Shown piece by piece: positions 10,497 to 19,102 of a DNA stretch of 64,000 bases. How positions within the stretch are numbered: the stretch's first letter is position 1; each line of letters starts with the position of its first letter. The position numbers and the translations under genes were made by a program. The DNA lies in the NCBI GenBank assembly GCA_947245515.1, contig CAMXQV010000001.1:17827-81826 (forward strand), given 5' to 3'. The notes under the pieces were generated by a model. The model searched no databases, was not told the origin of the DNA, and worked only from the letters and a program-made list of their open reading frames with translations. This stretch comes from an uncultured Clostridium sp. (GTDB lineage: Bacteria > Bacillota > Clostridia > TANB77 > CAG-508).

Positions 10497-11052
10497 TTAT
10501 TTTATTTTGTTTTGTTCTTGTTGTTTGTATTCTGCATATTCATCTAATACTTTTAATATTTCTCTATTGAAAAGATTTCTTTTATAGTTTCCTTTAACAT
10601 CTGTTTCTATAAAATATCTCAACCTAGTTAAATTCATATATTTATGTCCTAATCCACTTTTTATTTCTCTCTCACTTAAATTTTGATTAGTTGTATCTAT
10701 ATTTTGACCTGTATGTATTTCATAAAATACTGTTTTTGTTAGTTTGTTTATTTCTCTTCCTGTTTTAGAATCTGGATAATTTGCATCATAAGCTACTATT
10801 CCTAAAAAAGGCTCCCCCTATTTCATTTTCTGAAATTAGTATTCCTGTTTCCTCTCTTATTTCTCTTTTTAAAGCTTCTTCTATTGTTTCTCCTTTATCA
10901 ATTTTTCCACCTGGTAATATATGTGCACCATCAGAAAATTCACTTACCATTACTTGTCCCTCTTTATTAAAAATTAATGCTCTAACTTTTCTAACTTCTT
11001 TATTTATATCATTTTTTCCTAAGTTTGCGTTATTAAATACAACTTTTTTCAT
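10497..11052 (-). pseudogene. NUDIX hydrolase, reading frame broken once (+1) at UUU-AGG-A
   Basis: The 88-aa ORF carries the Nudix box GGKIDKGETIEEALKREIREETGI and stops at 10786. The +1 frame stays open for a further ~95 codons (GIVAYDANYPDSKTGREINK...EYKQQEQNKIK) down to the stop at 10497-10499. Confidence 0.7.
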
Positions 11053-11219
11053 CTTTTCTCCTTTTCTTATTTAAATACTAATATGATTTTAAACCTTAAA
11101 TATTTTATAATATATTTAATATTTTTTCAATATTTTTATGTAAATATATTCAATTATTTTTTAACTTATTTAGATAGAACAAATCTGATTGTGTACAATA
11201 TAAAAAAGGAACTGATAAT

Positions 11220-12617
11220 TCAGTTTCCTTTAATTTTTTTAATTTCCATCCCATCTCTAGTGTCTTTAATTTCATAACCTTTACTATTAATTAAGGCTCT
11301 TAATTCGTCAGCTTTTGCCCAAGCTTTATTTTTTCTTGCTTCTATTCTTGCATTTATTAAATTTTTAACTTCTTCTGAAATTTCATCTTCCATTATATTT
11401 GAAGCTTTATTAATTTTTAAACCTAAAACAGAATCAAATTTTAGTAACAATTCAGCTAATTCTGGGCACTTAACTTCTTCTCTTACAACTTCCCAAACAA
11501 CCCCCATAGCCAAGGGCATATTTAAATCATCATTAATTGCCTTATGGAATCTTTCTTCATAATCTTTAATAATATTTTGCTGAATTTTATCTTCTCCTTT
11601 AAGATGTAATTTATAGCCTTGTTTAAGTCTTTCTAAAGATTTTGAGGTAGAGTCTATTCCTTCCCAAGTGAAATTTAATTTATTTCTATAATGACATGAA
11701 TAGCTAAATAATTTGTATACAATTGGGTCATATCCTCTATCTATCAAATCTCTTAACAAATAAACATTTCCAAGACTTTTGGACATTTTTCCACCATTTA
11801 TTAGTAAATATTCTCCATGCATCCAATAATTTGCTGGTATCTTTCCACATATACCTTTACTTTGTGCAATTTCATTTTCGTGATGTGTAGGTATTAAATC
11901 AATTCCACCTGTATGTATATCAAATTGCTCACCTAAGTATTTTCTACTCATAGCTGAACATTCAATATGCCAACCTGGGTAACTTAGTCCCCATGGACTT
12001 TCCCATTTCATCAAATGATTTTCTGGAGCTTTTATCCATAGTGCAAAATCATATGGATTTTTCTTTTCCTTATCAACATTGATTCGCGCACCTGCTTTTT
12101 GATTATCTAATTCTAAGTTTGTTAATACTGGGTATTTGTCTAATTTAGATATATCAAAATATATTGCTGTTGATGTTTCATATGCAAACCCATTATCTAT
12201 TAATTGTTTCACAAATACTATCATTTCTTGTATATGTTCTGTTGCCTTACATATTATTTCTGGATTTTCTATATTTAATAATTCTAAATCCTTAAAAAAT
12301 AATTTAGTATAATGTTCTGCAATTTCCAAGGGAGTTTTATTTTCTTCTCTAGCAGATTTTAGCATTTTATCTTCGCCTTCGTCTGCATCTGAAACTAAGT
12401 GTCCCACATCAGTAATATTCATTACATGTTTTAATTTATAACCATTATATCTTAAGGTTCGTCTTAATACATCTTGGAATATATTTGTTCGCATATTACC
12501 TATTGTTGCATCTTTATATACTGTTGGACCACATGAATATATTTTCACTTCATTTTTATCAATAGGATTAAATATTTCTTTCTGTTTTGTTAAGGTATTA
12601 TAAAAATATATTTCCAT
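11220..12617 (-). CDS. cysS: cysteine--tRNA ligase
   Basis: 465 aa. CGPTVYKDATIGNMR (HIGH-type region) and KMSKSLGN. Confidence 0.95.
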   Translation of the reverse strand: MEIYFYNTLTKQKEIFNPIDKNEVKIYSCGPTVYKDATIGNMRTNIFQDVLRRTLRYNGYKLKHVMNITDVGHLVSDADEGEDKMLKSAREENKTPLEIAEHYTKLFFKDLELLNIENPEIICKATEHIQEMIVFVKQLIDNGFAYETSTAIYFDISKLDKYPVLTNLELDNQKAGARINVDKEKKNPYDFALWIKAPENHLMKWESPWGLSYPGWHIECSAMSRKYLGEQFDIHTGGIDLIPTHHENEIAQSKGICGKIPANYWMHGEYLLINGGKMSKSLGNVYLLRDLIDRGYDPIVYKLFSYSCHYRNKLNFTWEGIDSTSKSLERLKQGYKLHLKGEDKIQQNIIKDYEERFHKAINDDLNMPLAMGVVWEVVREEVKCPELAELLLKFDSVLGLKINKASNIMEDEISEEVKNLINARIEARKNKAWAKADELRALINSKGYEIKDTRDGMEIKKIKGN

Positions 12618-12640
12618 TCTTTCACTCCTTTATTTAATAT

Positions 12641-15451
12641 TTAAGTCTGCTTTTTATTTGTATTTGTTGTTGTATTATTTGTTGGTTTTTTATTAGGATT
12701 TGAAGTTGTATTTGTATTTGTTTTATTTGTATTTGCTGTTGTATTTGGTTTTGCTACGTTAGTATTATTTTTTGGCTTTGTTGTGCTTGTATTAGTTGTT
12801 GTATTCGCTGGCTTTTCTTCTTTTGGCTTTTCCTCTTTTGGTTTTTCTTCTTCTTTTTTAGTATGTATATTACATACTGATGTTACTTTTCTACCGGAAG
12901 AACTACTTGCACCAATTGTCTTCCATAAATTCAATCTTTCTTTTGGTACTGCTGCACCATAATAATTAGCTTTTTTCTTTGGACAATATTCTGTTGCAAT
13001 ACTTCCTGATTCTTCACATAACAATTGTGAACCATGTCCTTCACATTTTCCTGGCATATTATCTTGAGTAAATATTTCTTGATAGGTAGATGAACATCCT
13101 GTTGTTGCTAAACATCCTGTCGTTCTACATACTGTAGCAGATACTATCCCATTTGGTTTTGTAAATCTAGAACCTGTTAAGCCTGTATGTATATCAGTCA
13201 TAACGGCATCCCATATTAAACCGGCTGGATTTCCACCACTATACTTTACTTCCTCTTTACTATCATATCCATACCATGTTGCAGCTGAATAATATGGTGT
13301 AAAACCACAAAGCCATCTATCATTATCCTTATCTGTAGTTCCAGTTTTAGCTGCCACATCCATACCAGATATAGCACAATATCTAGCTGTACCACTTGCT
13401 CCTACTACTGGCTCTTGAATAATTGTTTTTGCAATATATGCATTTTGCTCAGATATTACTCTTCTTGTTTCTTGTTTTGGTGTTAATACAGTGTTCCCAT
13501 TTCCATCTTCAACTTTTGTATAAAAAGTTGGAGTAATATATACACCATCATTTGCAACTGTTCCATATGCAGCTGCCATTTCTAATGGACTAACACCTTC
13601 TGTTACACCTCCAATTGCTATTGAGGTTGCTTGTTTATCCTGTTCTACTAAGGAGGTTATACCCATTTTTTGTAAATACTCTACTGATTTTTGAGGTGTT
13701 AGTTCTTTTACGATTTTTACTGCTGGTATATTTTGAGAGGTTTCTATAAATTGTCTTATATTAACTAAACCCCTAAATTTATTATAGTTTTTAGGAGTAT
13801 ATCCTCCAAAATCTGTTTTTACATCATCATATACTGTTGCAGCTGTTATTACTTTTTCTTCTAGAGCTGGCACTACTGCTGCTATTGGTTTCATTGAAGA
13901 TCCTGTTTGTCTTATCATTTGTGTTGCTCTATTCCATCCAGCTCCATTTTTTTGTCCTAATCCTCCAGCAACTCCTACTACATTTCCTGTTTTATAATCT
14001 ACAATTGCCATTCCAGACTGTGATGTTTGTGTTTTTGTTGGACTTGTAATTACATATTTTGCTTTAACATATTCCTCTTCAAGTCTCTTTTGTATTCTGT
14101 CATCAACTGTTGAATAAATTTTTAATCCACTACTGTATACATAGTTTTCTGCTAGTTGTCTTGATATATTTTTTTCGTCCATTACTTGATTTATAACTTG
14201 TTCTATTACTGCATCTGTATGGTATGAAAAGGTAGTTGAATCTATTGATGTTCCTTTGGTAAATACTAAACCATCTTCAACTTTTTTAGTTGCTGAATTA
14301 TAATCCTCTTCCTTTTCTATATATCCTAATTCTTTCATTTTTCCTAAGACTGTTAAGGTTCTATTTTTTATTTTTTCTGCATTGTTTTTTGTCTCATCAA
14401 ATGGGTCATAGGAATTAGGCGAGTTATTAATTCCTGCCATAAAAGCACATTCTGCTAAGTCTAAATCCTTTGCACTTTTGTTAAAATAATATTCTGCTCC
14501 TAATTCAACACCATGTAAATTTCTTGATCCAACAAATAATATATTTAAATATAATTCTAATATTTGGTCTTTAGATATCATTCTTTCTACTTGGTATGCT
14601 TTTGTCCATTCTTTTACTTTTCTAAATATTCCTGCCATTCCTGAAGATTCTTTATCTTTGGTTATATTTTTAACTAATTGTTGTGTTATTGTACTTCCTC
14701 CATAGGAACTATTACCTAATAAAGTTTTTACTATTGCACCAGCGGTTCTTTTTAAGTCTACTCCATTATGTTTGTAATATCTTTCATCTTCAATTGCAAC
14801 ATATGCTTTTGGTAAATATTCTGACATATCCGCAAGTGTTATTACTTTTCTTTTTTCATCTCCACTTAAGTTTGCTATTACTGCTCCATTTTTGTCTACT
14901 ATTACACTATTTGAGGCTCCTATTTTTAATTCATCTTTTGTTATTTCGAATTCATCTCCAAATAGTCCAAAAAATATGCCTGCTATAATTCCAGCACCAA
15001 CTACACATAATAATAAAAACAATATTATCATTATTTTTATTACTAGTCTTAATTTTGGATGCTTTTTATTACTTTTTTTCTTTTCCTTTTTATTATTTTT
15101 CCTTTCAGTTATTGGATCTTTATTTACTTGTTTCTCCTTTTCTGGTTGCTTGGTTAAATTATTTCTTTGTTGCATATTAATATTATTTCCCTGTGGTCTA
15201 CTATTAACTTTATTCCTACTTGCTTGTTGTTTACTACTTATATTGCCTTTATTTACTGATTGTGGTCTGTCAGTTGCATTACTTTTGTTTCTTTGTGGTG
15301 GTCTACCTACATTATGTTCTTTAGATCCATTTATCTGATTTTTACTTTTTGTTTTGCTTCTTTGCTCTTCTTTTTGTGCATTTATTCTATTGTTTGAATT
15401 TTGAACTTTGTGTGGCTTTGCTCGATTATTTTTTCCATTATTTTCTGGCAT
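12641..15451 (-). CDS. class A penicillin-binding protein (PBP1A-type transglycosylase/transpeptidase) with low-complexity tails
   Basis: 936 aa. GT51 motifs EDERYYKHNGVD and GGSTITQQLVKN. Transpeptidase motifs SSMKP and KTGTT. Basic Asn/Gln-rich N-terminal tail and Asn/Thr/Lys-rich C-terminal tail. Confidence 0.92.
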   Translation of the reverse strand: MPENNGKNNRAKPHKVQNSNNRINAQKEEQRSKTKSKNQINGSKEHNVGRPPQRNKSNATDRPQSVNKGNISSKQQASRNKVNSRPQGNNINMQQRNNLTKQPEKEKQVNKDPITERKNNKKEKKKSNKKHPKLRLVIKIMIILFLLLCVVGAGIIAGIFFGLFGDEFEITKDELKIGASNSVIVDKNGAVIANLSGDEKRKVITLADMSEYLPKAYVAIEDERYYKHNGVDLKRTAGAIVKTLLGNSSYGGSTITQQLVKNITKDKESSGMAGIFRKVKEWTKAYQVERMISKDQILELYLNILFVGSRNLHGVELGAEYYFNKSAKDLDLAECAFMAGINNSPNSYDPFDETKNNAEKIKNRTLTVLGKMKELGYIEKEEDYNSATKKVEDGLVFTKGTSIDSTTFSYHTDAVIEQVINQVMDEKNISRQLAENYVYSSGLKIYSTVDDRIQKRLEEEYVKAKYVITSPTKTQTSQSGMAIVDYKTGNVVGVAGGLGQKNGAGWNRATQMIRQTGSSMKPIAAVVPALEEKVITAATVYDDVKTDFGGYTPKNYNKFRGLVNIRQFIETSQNIPAVKIVKELTPQKSVEYLQKMGITSLVEQDKQATSIAIGGVTEGVSPLEMAAAYGTVANDGVYITPTFYTKVEDGNGNTVLTPKQETRRVISEQNAYIAKTIIQEPVVGASGTARYCAISGMDVAAKTGTTDKDNDRWLCGFTPYYSAATWYGYDSKEEVKYSGGNPAGLIWDAVMTDIHTGLTGSRFTKPNGIVSATVCRTTGCLATTGCSSTYQEIFTQDNMPGKCEGHGSQLLCEESGSIATEYCPKKKANYYGAAVPKERLNLWKTIGASSSSGRKVTSVCNIHTKKEEEKPKEEKPKEEKPANTTTNTSTTKPKNNTNVAKPNTTANTNKTNTNTTSNPNKKPTNNTTTNTNKKQT

Positions 15452-15559
15452 TTAAAAACCTCCCCTTGCCAACTTTTTCTTTGACAAATTTATTATAGTA
15501 TATTTTATAAAAAAAGAAAAGCTTTTCTTAAAAAATTTAAATAAATTAAGTTTTATATA

Positions 15560-16411
15560 TTATAAAGTACTATTTGAAGTTCTTAGTTCTATTATTTTTA
15601 ATCCATCTTTTTTTATTTTTTTCATAATTTCCCCAAAAGGCTGTTTATTATAGAATCTTGACTCATAAATATCTTTATTATAGTATTTATCATAATCTAA
15701 TTCTTCAAGTTTTTCATTAAATTCTATATCATAGTCACTAATGTTTAATCCATTAAATCTCTTTTTATTTATTTTTATTTTGTCCTTTAAATTAATAATA
15801 ATTGCTTCATCATAAATTTGATATTTATTTATCAACTCGGTTGGAAAATCAAAATTTAATATTATTTCTGATTTTATTAAACTTCTTTTTTTATTATTAT
15901 TAACAATTAAAGCAATACCATAATAATCCATCATATTTTCTTCAGTCTTTTTAAACTTTTCCACATGATTTGTGACTATATTTACTCTTTTATATTTCCT
16001 TACTATTTTCTTAATAATTTCTAGTATTATATCTGATAAATCATTTACTAATATTGATATTCGTAAACTTTGTTTGTCCAGATTTCTCTTTTCTATTACA
16101 TAATCAACAATTTTTTCAGATAAAACAGTAAATAGTTTTTTTCCATCCAAAATCTCATAATTATAGGTATATAAATAATTAATAATTTGTTCCTGTTGTT
16201 TTATTTTTTTACTAATTACTACCGTTTTACAATTTGTTTTAGTTAGAATTTTATTTGCTTTTTTTGCTAGTTTTTTTGCTTTTTTATTTGATATTTTTTT
16301 ATCACCTAGTATAGGTAAAATTATTTTATCATGTTGTAATTTTACAATATTAAAAATATTTAGCCAAAAATTAGGCTTGTCACTTTCCTGAATATAATAC
16401 ATAAAAATCAC
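15560..16411 (-). CDS. hypothetical protein
   Basis: 283-aa ORF on the same strand as its neighbours. I recognise no motif. Confidence 0.45.
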   Translation of the reverse strand: MIFMYYIQESDKPNFWLNIFNIVKLQHDKIILPILGDKKISNKKAKKLAKKANKILTKTNCKTVVISKKIKQQEQIINYLYTYNYEILDGKKLFTVLSEKIVDYVIEKRNLDKQSLRISILVNDLSDIILEIIKKIVRKYKRVNIVTNHVEKFKKTEENMMDYYGIALIVNNNKKRSLIKSEIILNFDFPTELINKYQIYDEAIIINLKDKIKINKKRFNGLNISDYDIEFNEKLEELDYDKYYNKDIYESRFYNKQPFGEIMKKIKKDGLKIIELRTSNSTL

Positions 16412-16625
16412 TTCCCATCTATTTATTTAAATATATGAAAAGCTTTTTTTAATTATTCCATTTTTTAGTTTCAGATTAAATCTATGAAATCTCAAGAACA
16501 AAAGCAACATGATTAGAATATTTTTACCTTTTAACTTACTTACATGTCACGTTTTTGTTCGCCCGCAAAAATTCTGAAAGAATTTTCTGTGGAATGTGTT
16601 TTTTTCTATACAAAAAAAGAGATAC

Positions 16626-17498
16626 TTATAAAACAATATCTCTTTTTAATAAATTATTTGATATAGTACCTGTTCCAATAAATACATCCTTATTATAAAT
16701 ACGATAAACTCCATCTTGTCTATTTTGAGTCAAATTTACTCCATTTAAAAATAGTTCAAGCTTTCTATCAAATAATTGTATATTATCACAAATTTCAAAA
16801 AAATCTTCAATCGTTATAATTTTACTATCTAACCATTCTTTATTTTCAAAATTCTCAGTTAATTCATCTAAAGGAATACTATCATCTATAGAAAAATCCC
16901 CTACTTTAATTCTATTTAAGTTTAACATAAAACCCACAGTATCTAATTTATTCGCAATATCTTCACACAAAGTTCTAATATAGGTTCCTTTAGAGCAATT
17001 TACTAAAAATTGTACTTGTTTTTCTTCTTTATTTATATGTATCAGCTCAATATCAAAAATCTCAATATTTCTTGGTAGTATCTCTACTTTTTCACCTTTA
17101 CGTGCATATTCATAAAGTTTCTTACCCTTTACTTTAATTGCAGAATAAATTGGTGGAATTTGTTGTTGTTTTCCTAAGAAACTTTTTAAAACTTTTTCAA
17201 TACTTTCATTATTTAAGGTTTTTTCTTCAACTTCTTTTTCTTCAATAATTTTCCCTTCAACATCCGCTGTTTCTGTCTTTTTTCCTAATTGTAATTCAAC
17301 TTCATAAGTTTTATTATGATTAATTAGATATTTTGAAATTTGTGTCCCTTTTCCTATTAATAAAGGTAATACTCCTGTTGCCCTTGGATCTAAAGTTCCA
17401 GTATGTCCTACTTTTTGATTTAATAATTTTTTTACTTTATATACAATATCATGTGATGTACAAGCTTTTGGTTTATTTATTACTATAATCCCATCCAT
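16626..17498 (-). CDS. truB: tRNA pseudouridine(55) synthase
   Basis: 290 aa. GHTGTLDP catalytic Asp motif. Position downstream of rbfA-nrnA. Confidence 0.93.
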   Translation of the reverse strand: MDGIIVINKPKACTSHDIVYKVKKLLNQKVGHTGTLDPRATGVLPLLIGKGTQISKYLINHNKTYEVELQLGKKTETADVEGKIIEEKEVEEKTLNNESIEKVLKSFLGKQQQIPPIYSAIKVKGKKLYEYARKGEKVEILPRNIEIFDIELIHINKEEKQVQFLVNCSKGTYIRTLCEDIANKLDTVGFMLNLNRIKVGDFSIDDSIPLDELTENFENKEWLDSKIITIEDFFEICDNIQLFDRKLELFLNGVNLTQNRQDGVYRIYNKDVFIGTGTISNNLLKRDIVL

Positions 17499-17595
17499 TT
17501 TTTCTCCATTTACTTAAACACTTTTTTAGTTTATACTTAAATATTTTAAAGTAATCTTTAAATAATTAAATTTTATGTTACAGTTATAATATAAA

Positions 17596-18558
17596 TTATT
17601 TAAGAGCCTTTTTTACTTCCTTTAAAATTCTATCTTTTACTTGTTCAAGATTTCCTTGGATTAATGCTCCAGCAGCTCTTGGATGTCCACCTCCACCAAA
17701 AAGTAAACAAATATCAGATACATTAACATACTCGCTTGAACGTAAAGAAATTTTATATGCATCTTCATTTTCTTTTTGCCTAACAAAAATTGAAACTTCA
17801 ACACCTTCAATCTCTCTACCAATTTCAACTAAGCCTTCATGATCACCTGGCTCGGCTCCTACTTCTTCTTCGTCCTTATTATTTATATAAGTAAAAGTTA
17901 CTCTTCCATCTTCTAATAATTCTAATCTATCTAAAACTCTTCTTGTTAATTCAAAATTACTCTTTGTCTTTGTTCTTAAAGTTCTCTTATATATATCAGA
18001 AGTATCTACACCTTTACGTATTAGCTCTGCGGTAAATTCAAAGGTTTCAGGTGTAATGCCTCTATATTGAAATCCACCTGTATCTGTAATAATTCCTGTC
18101 ATTATACATTTTCCAATATCTTTTGTTATATCAAATTCATAATATCCAAACATTCCTACTAATATCTCGCAACAAGCAGGAGATGCTGGATTTACAAAAT
18201 TCAAATCTCCATACATCTCATTGCTACCATGATGATCTATTACTATAGTTTTTTTGGCATTTCTAAAATATTCATTATTATCAAGTCTTTTTAAGGTCGC
18301 ACAGTCAACAGATATCGCCAAATCATAATTTTTTAAATTTGATTCTTTTTTAATTTGATTTATTTCAGGTAAAAATTCAAATAGCCTTGAATATTCTGAA
18401 ATTATTACATCAGCTTTTTTTCCAATTTTATTTAACATTAATTTTACTGCTAAACTACTTCCAATTGCATCTCCATCAGGTGATTCATGAGTTAATATAA
18501 CAATTGTTTCTGCTTTTTCTATTTCTTTTAATATCTCATCTAAAGTCATTTTATTCAC
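17596..18558 (-). CDS. nrnA: DHH/DHHA1 phosphoesterase (NrnA-type oligoribonuclease/pAp phosphatase)
   Basis: 320 aa. HESPDGDAIGS, VIDHHGSN, GGGHPRAAG motifs. Confidence 0.85.
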   Translation of the reverse strand: MNKMTLDEILKEIEKAETIVILTHESPDGDAIGSSLAVKLMLNKIGKKADVIISEYSRLFEFLPEINQIKKESNLKNYDLAISVDCATLKRLDNNEYFRNAKKTIVIDHHGSNEMYGDLNFVNPASPACCEILVGMFGYYEFDITKDIGKCIMTGIITDTGGFQYRGITPETFEFTAELIRKGVDTSDIYKRTLRTKTKSNFELTRRVLDRLELLEDGRVTFTYINNKDEEEVGAEPGDHEGLVEIGREIEGVEVSIFVRQKENEDAYKISLRSSEYVNVSDICLLFGGGGHPRAAGALIQGNLEQVKDRILKEVKKALK

Positions 18559-18913
18559 CTTCTTTTTTTGGCATAATATCTTTTAATATGGCATCAATTT
18601 TAGTTCCATATTCTATAGAATCATCAAATTCAAAAATTATTTCTGGTGTATTTCTTAAATTAACTCTTTTAGCCAATTCAGAACGTACAAACCCTGATGA
18701 TTTCTTCAAAGCTGATAGGGTTTCTTTAATATTTTTTGAATTTAAAATACTAACATATACCCTTGCATATTTTAGGTCATTTGTTACTTTTACTTTTGTC
18801 ACACTAATTAACCCTGTTGCATTTGGATTTTTTAGTTCGTAACCAATAATTTGACTTAATTCTTTTTTATATTCTTCTTCAATACGACCTAATCTATTTT
18901 GATTTTCTGGCAT
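18551..18913 (-). CDS. rbfA: ribosome-binding factor A
   Basis: 120 aa. RbfA-like KH fold sequence in the conserved position after infB. Confidence 0.9.
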   Translation of the reverse strand: MPENQNRLGRIEEEYKKELSQIIGYELKNPNATGLISVTKVKVTNDLKYARVYVSILNSKNIKETLSALKKSSGFVRSELAKRVNLRNTPEIIFEFDDSIEYGTKIDAILKDIMPKKEGE

Positions 18914-19102
18914 TTTACCTCCTCCTTATCTTCCTTCTTCTTTTGATTGTCCTTTATTGTTATTTTCATACTTTCTATATTGTGGTTTTGCTATTGGATT
19001 TTTCTCATTTTGATTTTATTTGTTTGCTTCTCTTATTTTCTTATAAAATTCTTTTCTTGCTTCATTTTTATCCATAATTTTAACCTTCCTTTTTATATAT
19101 AT

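Noticed and set aside
18914-19102. Tiny ORFs (for example the 19-codon MDKNEARKEFYKKIREANK) in the infB-rbfA spacer.
   Set aside because: They have only weak Shine-Dalgarno sequences, no terminator or promoter context, and cannot be distinguished from chance in AT-rich sequence.
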